Below, piece by piece: positions 29,082 through 38,370 of a DNA stretch of 64,000 nucleotides. The notes under the pieces were generated by a model. The model was not told the origin of the DNA and did no database searches. It was given only the letters and a program-made list of their open reading frames with translations. Positions within the stretch are counted from its first letter, which is position 1, and each line of letters opens with the position of its first letter. This DNA is from a virus (taxonomy: Duplodnaviria > Caudoviricetes), in IMG/VR virus record IMGVR_UViG_3300036766_002286; one strand, 5' to 3'. The translations under genes were made by a program, and so were the position numbers.

Positions 29082-29444
29082 ATGACCGTTCTATCAACTG
29101 GTGCAGAAAAAAGAATTACTGATGCCCTCATTAAAACGAATTTGGCGTTGGATGCAGTAATAAAAGCAAACAAGCAGCAGCTTGCAGCCAAGTCCGCGCT
29201 CCGCCTCGCAATCAAAGGTCCAACATCACTAGGCAACACGAGTATTACAGGCAAAGTCACATTAGCCAGAACAGACGGGCGTCAAGTCATAACCCCATAT
29301 AGAAGTTATTTAGCAGTTGATATTTCGTGGTTGGATTTTCTTGCCACCCAACCAGCCGCCGACTATATCCAAAAAGAGTGGGATGAAACAAAGCAAGGCG
29401 TTCTCCTTCGTTCCCCTGTTATTCGCCGCGGCAAGGAAGCATAA
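29082..29444 (+). CDS. Hypothetical protein
   Basis: 120 aa ORF in coupled array. Confidence 0.55.
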   Translation: MTVLSTGAEKRITDALIKTNLALDAVIKANKQQLAAKSALRLAIKGPTSLGNTSITGKVTLARTDGRQVITPYRSYLAVDISWLDFLATQPAADYIQKEWDETKQGVLLRSPVIRRGKEA

Positions 29445-29647
29445 TGACCACACCACTAATAGACCTATCGCCTCTAGTCCTTCGAGACATTTTGTCTACT
29501 TATTTGACTGAACACCCCAGGCAATCCATGTATGTGCTGCACGCAACATATATGCTGCAGCACCTCGTAGATGACAGGCAACAGTTGTAGGCCCGTGTTA
29601 CAGAATTAGAAACCGAAAACAAACAACTCAAAGGAGAAATGAAATGA
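29444..29647 (+). pseudogene. Cassette-family gene with in-frame TAG at 29588-29590
   Basis: MTTPLIDL...LVDDRQQL*ARVTELETENKQLKGEMK. Confidence 0.7.
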
Positions 29648-29985
29648 ATGAAACACAACAAGTGACTGCTCCACCAACCGACGCAATCTTGTGTTGCCTA
29701 GAACAAGTAAGATATCCATATTCTCGTGTCAAAGAGGCAAGAACAGAGCTGCAGGCATTACAGAATGCACTCGCAGTAAAAGACGGCATGTTGCAGGTAG
29801 CGAATGCAACAGTGAAAGCGCAAAGGGCGACGATAGCGGAACAAGATGTGCGTATCGCAGAACTAGAAACCAAATGTTCGGAAGCTGCAACTATTCTTGC
29901 GAAATTTTCTTATATTCTAACAACAAAAACTAGTGTCGAAAAAACGGTCGCATTGGCTCAACTAATAAAGGAATATCATCTATGA
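29644..29985 (+). CDS. Cassette-family hypothetical
   Basis: PPTDAI...ARTELQAL...RIAELE. Confidence 0.75.
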   Translation: MNETQQVTAPPTDAILCCLEQVRYPYSRVKEARTELQALQNALAVKDGMLQVANATVKAQRATIAEQDVRIAELETKCSEAATILAKFSYILTTKTSVEKTVALAQLIKEYHL

Positions 29986-30023
29986 TCACCAAAAACCAAC
30001 AACTCAAAGGAGAAATGAAATGA
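29982..30023 (+). other. 13-codon 'empty cassette' mini-ORF MITKNQQLKGEMK
   Basis: ATGA overlaps at both ends; 26-nt direct repeat of 29622-29647. Confidence 0.6.
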
Positions 30024-30280
30024 GCAATACGACCGCACCACCAACCACCGCAATTTATAAAGCTATCAAAGAGATGTGGGATCCTCGGGACAGAGAGGAT
30101 GCCGCCAACGAGATGCGGGCGTGGATAGATGACCGACATCGACTTCAAATCAGGGTTCTCGAACTAGAAAGCGCAAGAATGCTGTCTATCAGGGGGATAG
30201 GCATTCTCATTGATAAGTCAGACAACATGACTGAAGCCGAAAAAGCTGAAGCTCGCAAATTGCTTTTGGGGACGCTATGA
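30020..30280 (+). CDS. Cassette-family hypothetical
   Basis: PPTTAI...IDDRHRLQIRVLELE. Confidence 0.75.
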   Translation: MSNTTAPPTTAIYKAIKEMWDPRDREDAANEMRAWIDDRHRLQIRVLELESARMLSIRGIGILIDKSDNMTEAEKAEARKLLLGTL

Positions 30281-30486
30281 TAACGCCACTAACTGACCCA
30301 ATTCGAAGGGTGATTAACTGGGACGACGTTCAAGCCGAAGACGGACTTAGTGAACTCAAACTCGCAGTCGCCCATGCATGGAATGTTCCCGGATGTCAAA
30401 AGAGAGCTAAAGCTGAAGTGCAGGCATTGTTAGATGATAACCTGCAGTTACGAGCCGAAAACAAGCTACTCAAAGGAGAAAGTTAA
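30277..30486 (+). CDS. Cassette-family hypothetical
   Basis: PLTDPI...VQALLDD...LKGES. Confidence 0.75.
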   Translation: MITPLTDPIRRVINWDDVQAEDGLSELKLAVAHAWNVPGCQKRAKAEVQALLDDNLQLRAENKLLKGES

Positions 30487-30932
30487 TGAGCAATGAAATC
30501 ACACAAGCAATCGCCGCAAGCAACCACGAAGCGCTACGCCACCCGACCATTTCAGACAGCCTTATATACGGCGCAATCAGCGACTGTATTTATTGGGTTG
30601 ATAATTCACAACTCGCGGACGAAACATCTCCCAAAGCGTGGGAGCAGTTGTGGAACTTGTTGAATTCCCGTGCAACCAAAGACGCACGAATAGCAAAACT
30701 AGAAAGGCAACTCAGACGTCCAACCGAGGCAACCAATCACGTTGCACTACTCAACGAGAGCCTTCTTATATATGACGCAAGCATCGAATGCATCAAGTTC
30801 GCTGATGGTTCAAAAGTCTGGTTCGAAACAGTCCCCAAAGCGCGTAAACAGTTGCGAGACTTGTTGGTGGTGCTAACAACGAAAGACACACGAATAGTAG
30901 AACTAGAAAAGCAGCTCAAAGGAAAAAGCTAA
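30486..30932 (+). CDS. Cassette-family hypothetical with internal duplication
   Basis: Two copies of LIY.A...CI...D.S....ET.PKA..QL..LL....TKD.RI..LE.QL. Confidence 0.8.
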   Translation: MSNEITQAIAASNHEALRHPTISDSLIYGAISDCIYWVDNSQLADETSPKAWEQLWNLLNSRATKDARIAKLERQLRRPTEATNHVALLNESLLIYDASIECIKFADGSKVWFETVPKARKQLRDLLVVLTTKDTRIVELEKQLKGKS

Positions 30933-31231
30933 TGAGCAATGAAACCACACCACCAACCAACGCAATCCGCCGGGCAATTGAGCAAGCATGTGAAACCGGT
31001 TATGGTCCCAGACACAACGCGGACCACCAGTTGGATGCCTTGTTGGCTGCACTCAAAGAAACACAAACACTGGCTGGCAAGTTGTTGGATATGGCCACCG
31101 AAGCAGAAACGAAACTCACCATGAGGGATGCACGAATAGTAGAACTAGAAAACACCATTAAAAGGACTGAAATGGAAACAGAAAGAGAAATGGAACTTGA
31201 CGCAGAAATTGAGGCAGGGAAAGATTGGTGA
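30932..31231 (+). CDS. Cassette-family hypothetical
   Basis: PPTNAIRRAIE...DARIVELE. Confidence 0.75.
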   Translation: MSNETTPPTNAIRRAIEQACETGYGPRHNADHQLDALLAALKETQTLAGKLLDMATEAETKLTMRDARIVELENTIKRTEMETEREMELDAEIEAGKDW

Positions 31232-31479
31232 TGACTACGGAACTCCCACCAACCAACGCAATCCGCGAGGCTATCGAATTGGTTCAACTCGAAGATATAG
31301 AAAGTTGGCAAAAACTCGCAAACCAAGCCCCAGAGCAGTTGCAATTTTTGATAGATGACCACGCACGCGTGCAAAATCTAGTGACAGTGAACGGGGCATA
31401 TAGTGATAACCCAGAAGCGGACGCTTACTGGGACTCGTGGAGGGAATGCCATGACAACATTCAAAGAACAACTGGATAA
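31231..31479 (+). CDS. Cassette-family hypothetical
   Basis: PPTNAIREAIE...QLQFLIDD. Confidence 0.75.
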   Translation: MTTELPPTNAIREAIELVQLEDIESWQKLANQAPEQLQFLIDDHARVQNLVTVNGAYSDNPEADAYWDSWRECHDNIQRTTG

Positions 31480-31699
31480 AGATGTTAATGATGCGGTGAA
31501 CGCCTGCATCGCTGCAAATGAAACATTTGGTGCTCTTAAGTATGCAGTACGACTTAACCCGGAAACAGCCAATGGTGCTCAAGAAGATCTTGAAACTGCT
31601 CAGGCAGCAGCGTGGCACTCACAATCAGTACTCAGCAATGCAGTCTCGGCAAGGAACGAAGAAACCACCCGACTTGCACAAGGAGGTGCACCGCGATGA
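31451..31699 (+). CDS. Ala-rich helical hypothetical protein
   Basis: GGAGGG SD. Confidence 0.6.
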   Translation: MTTFKEQLDKDVNDAVNACIAANETFGALKYAVRLNPETANGAQEDLETAQAAAWHSQSVLSNAVSARNEETTRLAQGGAPR

Positions 31700-31849
31700 A
31701 ATATATCTGGAGCCCAGGCAAACGCACGAATAACAGAACTAGAAAACCAACCAAAGGAGAATCAACATGAGTAAACATACCAGTAAACAAGTCTTATCTA
31801 AAATAAGAAACAATAAGTTCGCTAGGAACTACCTGGCAGGAGGCATCTA

Positions 31850-32257
31850 ATGACTGATCAAATTTGGGCCGGCATTTATAGTGATAAGCTGGCAGCTCAA
31901 AGTAAATATGACACTGCTGTTTTTGCTAAACAAGCAGCACTAGACACCGCCAACCAAGCAGATCAAGCTTGGGTTTCTGCCAAAAAAGTTCTAATTAATA
32001 ATGAGAACGGTTGTTTAGATTCATATCAAGCAACTATTGAAGCCAAGAAAGTCTGCAATAAAGCATTTCATATTAAAATTGCGGCCCAATCTGTCTTAGA
32101 TACAGCAGTTGCTTTTCTAATGGAAGCCACAACCACACTCGAGACCGCAAATGCCAAATGGCACGCGGCTACGTCAACTTCAACACCAAGACACTTTCTA
32201 GCAGAGAGATCTGATAATGAGCACCAACCTCCAAATTGGTCTTGGCAAAATACCTAG
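31850..32257 (+). CDS. Ala-rich helical hypothetical protein
   Basis: AGGAGG SD. Confidence 0.65.
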   Translation: MTDQIWAGIYSDKLAAQSKYDTAVFAKQAALDTANQADQAWVSAKKVLINNENGCLDSYQATIEAKKVCNKAFHIKIAAQSVLDTAVAFLMEATTTLETANAKWHAATSTSTPRHFLAERSDNEHQPPNWSWQNT

Positions 32258-32278
32258 TATCTAGCAAACGTCTGAATT

Positions 32279-32857
32279 ATGTCTAGAAAACCTAAACTTA
32301 CTAGGGCCGATGTTATTGCATATTGTGCAGAGGGCATTGATTTATATAAAGCTGATTTACGTCATTTAGACTTTACAAATGCCGATCTAACCCATGCAAA
32401 ATTTAACGAAGCTAACCTGTCTGGCTGCAATTTAACTGGAGCAACGATGGCCGGCGCTGATTTATGCAATGCTAATCTTTCATCTGCTATTTTAGTAGAT
32501 GTTAATCTCACTAGAGTAGCAGCTGTAGGTGCTAATTTTATTAATGCAGACATGTCCCGTATTAACATGTGCGGATATGGCGACTATTCAACTAATTTAG
32601 CCGTCTCAAAACTTGCGGGATGTAATTTGCACAACTCCGATTTGCGTGGAGTTATTTTACTACAAGCAGATTTACGTAAAGCTAATTTTAGTTATGCTAA
32701 TTTACAAGGTGCGTATTTACGACAGGCGTATTTGTCTGGTGCTAATTTTTCATATGCTGAGCTGCATGGGACCAATTTATGGGAGGCTGACCTGACTGAT
32801 GTTATACTATCTGAGCACCAGAAAGCAGTAAGCAAACACTATGGAACAAAACCTTGA
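32279..32857 (+). CDS. Pentapeptide repeat protein
   Basis: LTRADVI N-cap; VILSEHQKAVS C-cap. Confidence 0.93.
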   Translation: MSRKPKLTRADVIAYCAEGIDLYKADLRHLDFTNADLTHAKFNEANLSGCNLTGATMAGADLCNANLSSAILVDVNLTRVAAVGANFINADMSRINMCGYGDYSTNLAVSKLAGCNLHNSDLRGVILLQADLRKANFSYANLQGAYLRQAYLSGANFSYAELHGTNLWEADLTDVILSEHQKAVSKHYGTKP

Positions 32858-32965
32858 AAAACTTGGTTGTATTGGCTATAATGAGACCAAAAACATCTAG
32901 AGAAGTCCAAAACTACGCACACTAGAAATAACATCCAAAGATTTTAATACACCTATCTAATCAAA

Positions 32966-33262
32966 TTAATTATTCTTACGAGTTTTCTTTAAATTCAAAG
33001 CTAACCTAAGCCACTCCTGTAGTTTTTCGCCAAATTCTTTATTTAAGCCTGCTAAAACTTCCATATCATCAGCATCTAAAGCAGCAGACATTTTATTCAA
33101 ATGTACACTTAAATCCATAGCCGCTATGTCAATAGCCTCTTTTAGCCCGACATCCGACCCCTCAGGCACTTCTAGTACTTCATCAATCTTGAAATGCATT
33201 ACTTCTATGAGATCTCGTATTGCTATTTTTTCTTTATCGGTCATGTCATATTCATTGGTCAT
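32966..33262 (-). CDS. Hypothetical, 'LKEAID.AAM.LSV' family
   Basis: Shared motif. Confidence 0.75.
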   Translation of the reverse strand: MTNEYDMTDKEKIAIRDLIEVMHFKIDEVLEVPEGSDVGLKEAIDIAAMDLSVHLNKMSAALDADDMEVLAGLNKEFGEKLQEWLRLALNLKKTRKNN

Positions 33263-33304
33263 AATAAAATTTCTCCAATATATTTTATAGTTATATTTAC
33301 TATA

Positions 33305-33583
33305 CTATTTTTTCATATCCTCTGTGAGTCCTATCAGTATTTTATGTGCTAATATTGACCTGTCACAGGCTGCATTTATTATCTCATCATTGTCAGCACC
33401 AACCGCTAGTCGATAATTTTCCAAACACACGCTCAACGTCATCGCTGCCACATCGATTGCTTCTTTAAGTTTTTTATCTTCACTACTCGCGGTCTCATCT
33501 ATAGGCATACTTAAAGTCATGTTTATCCAATTTTGATTAGTAGCTATTTCTGTCAAGATCCGTTCCTTATGTTCAAAATTCAT
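33305..33583 (-). CDS. Hypothetical, 'LKEAID.AAM.LSV' family
   Basis: Shared motif. Confidence 0.75.
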   Translation of the reverse strand: MNFEHKERILTEIATNQNWINMTLSMPIDETASSEDKKLKEAIDVAAMTLSVCLENYRLAVGADNDEIINAACDRSILAHKILIGLTEDMKK

Positions 33584-33584
33584 A

Positions 33585-33890
33585 TTAGTTCTCCACTTCT
33601 TCATTAAGCATAGCATTAGTCATAGCAGTTGTGCAGTCTCGTGATATTTTTAGTGCTAGTTCTACTTTTTCAAAAGCTGCACATATTTTATCATCGTCTC
33701 CATCAACTACAGCCAAGCGGTAATCTTCTAAACACACACTTACAGCCATAATCGCTACATTAAGTGCCTCTCTAAGCCATTTGCGCTCGGCGCTTATATA
33801 TTCGTCTACAGGTACACTTAAAGCCATGTTCAGCCATCCCTGGCTAGCCTCTATAGATGCTATAACTTTTAGCGCATGTTCACTGTCCAT
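33585..33890 (-). CDS. Hypothetical, 'LKEAID.AAM.LSV' family
   Basis: Shared motif. Confidence 0.75.
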   Translation of the reverse strand: MDSEHALKVIASIEASQGWLNMALSVPVDEYISAERKWLREALNVAIMAVSVCLEDYRLAVVDGDDDKICAAFEKVELALKISRDCTTAMTNAMLNEEVEN

Positions 33891-33992
33891 AGCAACTCCC
33901 TAATAAATGTCTTAAGTAAACTAATAGTATACACTATACTATAGCGGCAACTTTTTAGTATCAAAATATCAGAAGCCAACGGCCGGACGTCG

Positions 33993-34466
33993 CTACGTCA
34001 CGTCAAATAGATGCTTTGTCTCTAGTATAATACGATCTAAATCATCCATCGCACAACGAAATGCTTCACTGTTTCTCATTAGATGCGCAAACTCAGGGCT
34101 TTCATAATAAGTGTGAATGTCAGGTCTTCCAAACTTTATTAGACGTTCTTTTTCTTTAGCTTGATCCGCCAAAGATACATCATGCAGCCTCTCAGCTTTC
34201 TGAGTATATGTTTTTATAACTAACAGCGCTTCATCTACGGTTTTTATTTTTTTCGCAAGGATCACTACAGCAGGATTTTTTGGTGGAAATAAATGTTTTG
34301 TGGCAGTCTCATGCTCATCTAATTCATTTTTTATCATATCCCAGTTATCTCCATCCCCCTCAAGATAACGAGCCATTATCGCCTTTTGTGTATCAACGGC
34401 CTGTTGCATAGCTGCACGTTGTTCTCTCAATTTGGCTATACGCTCTTCTCGTTTTTTCTCAAACAT
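33993..34466 (-). CDS. Helical hypothetical protein
   Basis: GGAGG SD. Confidence 0.7.
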   Translation of the reverse strand: MFEKKREERIAKLREQRAAMQQAVDTQKAIMARYLEGDGDNWDMIKNELDEHETATKHLFPPKNPAVVILAKKIKTVDEALLVIKTYTQKAERLHDVSLADQAKEKERLIKFGRPDIHTYYESPEFAHLMRNSEAFRCAMDDLDRIILETKHLFDVT

Positions 34467-34480
34467 TTTAAGCCTCCCAA

Positions 34481-34870
34481 TTATTGTTTAAAATTATTAA
34501 AAATATCTCGTACTATGCTTTTGAATGTAGTTTGGTTACCACTAGTTCTCTTCAGCCTGTTATACTCAGCCTTATATGGATAACTTGTTGTTCTTGACTC
34601 CGTTGTTGCTATTATGCATTTATTATTTGCCGCCTCAATTAGTTCAGGGTCACCAGTATCCATAGCGACAGCCAAATCGCTAAATCGTACGCTCATAATC
34701 ATAAGACCGGTATCTGCGGCATCTTTAAGTTCGCGCAATGCTTCAAGCTCTAACTTGCCAAGGTTTGGCAGCGCGCTCAACGGCAATGCTTCTCCTGTCA
34801 GGAACATTTCTATATTTTTTTGCACATTTTTTATAGACGCTTTGGTTTGTTCCATATTGTTACTATCCAT
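34481..34870 (-). CDS. Hypothetical, 'LKEAID.AAM.LSV' family (divergent)
   Basis: LKDAADTGLMIMSV..LAVAMDTGD.E.I. Confidence 0.7.
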   Translation of the reverse strand: MDSNNMEQTKASIKNVQKNIEMFLTGEALPLSALPNLGKLELEALRELKDAADTGLMIMSVRFSDLAVAMDTGDPELIEAANNKCIIATTESRTTSYPYKAEYNRLKRTSGNQTTFKSIVRDIFNNFKQ

Positions 34871-34897
34871 AATAATTCTCCAGATTAATGTTACTTA

Positions 34898-35245
34898 CTA
34901 AGGACGATATATAGCTACCATCATATCGTGTTTAAAAATAGCACTATAGTCGCATAAAATGTCTAAAATAAGATCAAAAGCTTCTAAGTCACATCTAGCA
35001 ATGTCAGCTTTTTCGAGCTCATTTTGCTGTCCTTGTGCTTTTGTTGCAGCTAGTTCACTGAGCATAGCAATTCCACCAGCACGCACTGCTTGCTTAAAAA
35101 TTTCTACTCTCTTTTTCGCGGCAGTTTTGCGACTCTCTTCACTACCGCGTGTAAGTGCATTAAATTCGACAGCTGTTAGATCTGTATTATCATCAAACCG
35201 GAATCCTTCAAGTAACGCAATTTTCTCAAGCGTTGTATTTAGCAT
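34898..35245 (-). CDS. Hypothetical, 'GQPD.QEK' family (divergent)
   Basis: KAQGQQNELEKADIARCDLEAF. Confidence 0.7.
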   Translation of the reverse strand: MLNTTLEKIALLEGFRFDDNTDLTAVEFNALTRGSEESRKTAAKKRVEIFKQAVRAGGIAMLSELAATKAQGQQNELEKADIARCDLEAFDLILDILCDYSAIFKHDMMVAIYRP

Positions 35246-35297
35246 TTTTCTCTCCTTTATTTAGTTACGTCTAATACTATTAGCGCTTTTTCAGCAT

Positions 35298-35636
35298 TTA
35301 GTTTTGTGCTACCACGTCCTGTATAATAGCTAACAAAGTTTCTTGTTGCTGGCCAGCCTTGGCGAGCGTTGTTATTAACAGCCAATTATCATCGCCAGTA
35401 GCAGCTTGCCTGGCGTCCTCTAAGCAAGCACTAAGAGTTACTGCAGCTAAATCTACAGCATCTTTAAGTTCCGCGAAAGAGGAGCTTACCTTGCCTTTAA
35501 GCGGGATACTTAAAATTGTATTTAACCAGTCCTGCATTTCCTCTAGAAATATCAGCAATTGTTCCTTATCTAGAAATATCAGCAATTGTTCCTTATCTTC
35601 AAATGGCTTCATGCTTTCGTTTTGTATATCACTCAT
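35298..35636 (-). CDS. Hypothetical, 'LKEAID.AAM.LSV' family
   Basis: LKDAVDLAAVTLSACLED. Confidence 0.75.
   Translation of the reverse strand: MSDIQNESMKPFEDKEQLLIFLDKEQLLIFLEEMQDWLNTILSIPLKGKVSSSFAELKDAVDLAAVTLSACLEDARQAATGDDNWLLITTLAKAGQQQETLLAIIQDVVAQN
35542..35598. repeat. Perfect 27-nt tandem duplication (DKEQLLIFL x2)
   Basis: TCTAGAAATATCAGCAATTGTTCCTTA twice. Confidence 0.95.
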
Positions 35637-35664
35637 AATAGTTCTCCTTCATTTTAAGCTCCTT

Positions 35665-36009
35665 TTATTTTATTGTTTTAGTAAATTTTATAGGCGTGAA
35701 TTTATGTGCTTTTTCGGCCTCGGCCATTGCCGCTTCAAATGCCCACAAGTCGCACCACGCCTGATTAAGTTTTTCATCTTCATCTGGCTGTCCGCTACTT
35801 GCTTTAGCGGCTGCATTACTAGCAACTGCCCTGTCTCCGATCTTTAGTGCCTTTTCTAATAGTTCTTCAGCATTACGGAGTTCTTCAAATCCGAGCTCCA
35901 TAGATTCTTTACTGGGAATATTGCGCTCCCCTAAAAGTGCTGCGCGAACGCGTTCTACCGCACGTACTATGATATTATTTTCTGGAAATATATTAGGGAA
36001 ATTAAACAT
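35665..36009 (-). CDS. Hypothetical, 'GQPD.QEK' family
   Basis: GQPDEDEKLNQAWCDL...AEKAHKF. Confidence 0.75.
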   Translation of the reverse strand: MFNFPNIFPENNIIVRAVERVRAALLGERNIPSKESMELGFEELRNAEELLEKALKIGDRAVASNAAAKASSGQPDEDEKLNQAWCDLWAFEAAMAEAEKAHKFTPIKFTKTIK

Positions 36010-36358
36010 CTGTGTCCTTGTTAGTTTCTTCAGGTTTATTGGATATTTTTACGTTATTTAATATAAGCATGTATGTGTTGAATGCTGTCGTATGTCTGGC
36101 TACAGCTTTCTTCAATTTTTCTATATTAGCGTGATTCTGTTCAGTAGCGGCCGCAAATGTTTCAGTTGCTGCTTTTAAGACATTGATATTATGGCCTCGT
36201 GCAGCTTCCAGAGCTGCCGCTTCTGCTTTCTTTACAAGAATGCTACTCGCGTCTGTCTTTGCAAATAATATGGCGCATTCCGCATCCGCGTCCGTGTACT
36301 CTGCAAATGCTGCTTCCAATTTTACTGTGTTATCTTCCAAAATTCCTCCCTTCTTCAA
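36002..36358 (-). CDS. Hypothetical, 'N.EKL' helical family
   Basis: VL..A.E.F...NIEKLKKAV.RH. Confidence 0.7.
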   Translation of the reverse strand: MKKGGILEDNTVKLEAAFAEYTDADAECAILFAKTDASSILVKKAEAAALEAARGHNINVLKAATETFAAATEQNHANIEKLKKAVARHTTAFNTYMLILNNVKISNKPEETNKDTDV

Positions 36359-36375
36359 TATCTACAATTCTCTGA

Positions 36376-36603
36376 TCAATCGTTTGAAATGGGCGTGCGC
36401 GGTTGGAATCCGGTACCATCCATATTACCTTTTTCGATACAGGTAGGACAACGTGTAGTTTCAAGCTCAACGATTCTAGCTGCCTGAGCCACATAGCTGT
36501 TTAAAATATCCTGTAATTGGTGACTGGCGGCTCTGATCTCGGCCGGTGTTCCATACTTATTTATAATATATTCTATTGCACTAGTTTGCCTTGAGAAGTC
36601 CAT
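36376..36603 (-). CDS. Cassette-family hypothetical (dispersed copy)
   Basis: TSAI...QLQDILN...ARIVELET. Confidence 0.7.
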   Translation of the reverse strand: MDFSRQTSAIEYIINKYGTPAEIRAASHQLQDILNSYVAQAARIVELETTRCPTCIEKGNMDGTGFQPRTPISND

Positions 36604-36844
36604 GACTATTTCTCCTGTTATTTGTTGTCTTTTTTATTATTGTCATATATTTTTTGTACTTCATATTCTACGTCTTCAGTTGCAACACCTGGATCTAATT
36701 TTCCTAGTTCTTTGAGTGCTCTAGATACTTTTGCCATTTTTCATACTCTGCTCCTTTCAATTACTACACTACTATACGGGCGGCAACTCGCTTGTCAACA
36801 GTTTTTCTATATTTTATACTAGGTATTGTTCTATATTATAGAGT

Positions 36845-37045
36845 CTAGTCAGTATCGTGTGCCAGCACACGCATGCAGGTTTCTTTTGGAATATCTATAG
36901 TCATCTCAAATCTTTTACGGTCCGCACGTGCCACATCTTCTTTTTCTTGGGCGTCTGGCCGGCCCACTGCGTTTTCCGCAGCAATTTTACTGGAAATTGC
37001 TGTGTGTAGTAATTGTTCTGTAGTATTGAATGCTTGCATTCTCAT
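36845..37045 (-). CDS. Hypothetical, 'GQPD.QEK' family
   Basis: GRPDAQEKEDVARADR. Confidence 0.6.
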   Translation of the reverse strand: MRMQAFNTTEQLLHTAISSKIAAENAVGRPDAQEKEDVARADRKRFEMTIDIPKETCMRVLAHDTD

Positions 37046-37066
37046 TCTCCAAATTCATCGCATTAT

Positions 37067-37426
37067 TTAAGATATTTTGTTAATTGACCTACGTGCTTGT
37101 AAAGTATTATAAATCTTGTCACATATTTTGACCGCAGCAAAATATGTGCCCTCGGCTTCTATAATGCCCTCGTACGCAATATCATCATGTCCTCTAGCGC
37201 CCACAAGAACACTTCTTAAACTTCTGGTCATTTCAGATTCCACTCCATTTCTGACTGTTGTATCTAGCATATTGCTAGTGTATACGTCCTGCCAAGCCAA
37301 GTTTCGCGCACCGTTTGTTACGCAATATTTTTCTCGTGCTCCCACGAGCGTCAAATAGGTTTTCTCAAGGGCAATGTTGGCTAGTAACAATTCTTGTTCT
37401 AGTGATGTAATTGTATTATCGTCCAC
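37067..37426 (-). CDS. Helical hypothetical protein
   Basis: AN.ALE..YLTL shared with 38086. Confidence 0.7.
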   Translation of the reverse strand: MDDNTITSLEQELLLANIALEKTYLTLVGAREKYCVTNGARNLAWQDVYTSNMLDTTVRNGVESEMTRSLRSVLVGARGHDDIAYEGIIEAEGTYFAAVKICDKIYNTLQARRSINKIS

Positions 37427-37763
37427 GATTCCCTCGTATTTGTTCCGCCGTTTTCATCATCCCTAAAAACTGCTCTAGAGCCACCCAGCTATCAGTATGC
37501 TTAATGTAGGCGTCTCTAAGCAACTCAATATCATTTCCTAACTGTAGCCAGATTAAAATCATATTATCATGCCTGGCGTCTAGCTCTGTTCTGTCTAGAT
37601 TGGCCCTATCTTTCGCTTGTCTAATTTTCTGGGCCGCTTGCACTGTCTGCCAAGACTCAGCAACCTGCCCAACTGCTGCTTCAATTGCTTCACCACTTGC
37701 AACATATTCTGCTTTTGTTTTTTCATCACTAGCTACCTTCCATGAGTCGTCCATAATTATCAT
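37416..37763 (-). CDS. Helical hypothetical protein
   Basis: GGAGG SD; similar to 38086. Confidence 0.7.
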   Translation of the reverse strand: MIIMDDSWKVASDEKTKAEYVASGEAIEAAVGQVAESWQTVQAAQKIRQAKDRANLDRTELDARHDNMILIWLQLGNDIELLRDAYIKHTDSWVALEQFLGMMKTAEQIRGNRGR

Positions 37764-37941
37764 CCTCCCTTGCTTTTCGTAATGTATCTTTTTTAATAAC
37801 GTATACCTCTGCTTTTTCTCGTGTTTTAAATGCTTTTAAGGATCGTGTATATGCACCAATTTGTGGATCAAACTTATAGATTTCCCACGGGTCATAGCTA
37901 TCTGAATTATACACAATAACTAATTTATTATAGTTACTCAT
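37729..37941 (-). CDS. Hypothetical protein
   Basis: Coupled array. Confidence 0.55.
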   Translation of the reverse strand: MSNYNKLVIVYNSDSYDPWEIYKFDPQIGAYTRSLKAFKTREKAEVYVIKKDTLRKAREDDNYGRLMEGS

Positions 37942-38086
37942 GTCGGTCCGGGGCCAGCTCTCTTAACATTTGTTTAGCTTCGGGCGACAAACCACGTCCT
38001 TCTGCTGATCCTACTGTTCGTGTTGGTTTGCTAAGTTTTCTAGCTCGCAATAAAGCTTTACCGGACAAAGTTCTCATTTTGTCCAT
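37934..38086 (-). CDS. 50-aa basic mini-protein (not in ORF track)
   Basis: MDKMRTLSGKALLRARKL...SAEGRGL; paralogue of 38367. Confidence 0.7.
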   Translation of the reverse strand: MDKMRTLSGKALLRARKLSKPTRTVGSAEGRGLSPEAKQMLRELAPDRHE

Positions 38087-38370
38087 CAGCTCCTATTCTC
38101 GGATTCTCTTTTAATAATAAAACCCGCAAATGCCTCCCAGGCATCGCTATATTTTGCACACGCTTCTTCAAACACCACAATCTGGCACTTCAAATGCTCC
38201 AAAACCAAGGCCGCATAAGCAAGCGTGGCTGCAGCACTAACTTTCACAACAATGTTAGGTGTCATTGCCTCATAAAACATATTCCAGTTATTCGTTAAAG
38301 TCAAGTAAGCAATTTCAAGTGCTGCACCATTTGCAGCGCAGTCTGTTTTTAGTTCTGCTTCAGTTTTCAT
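38086..38370 (-). CDS. Helical hypothetical protein
   Basis: ANGAALEIAYLTL. Confidence 0.7.
   Translation of the reverse strand: MKTEAELKTDCAANGAALEIAYLTLTNNWNMFYEAMTPNIVVKVSAAATLAYAALVLEHLKCQIVVFEEACAKYSDAWEAFAGFIIKRESENRS

Noticed and set aside
29444-31771. CRISPR array or integron
   Set aside because: Repeats are imperfect, protein-coding and spaced 200-450 bp; no attC-like palindromes, cas genes or integrase in the window.
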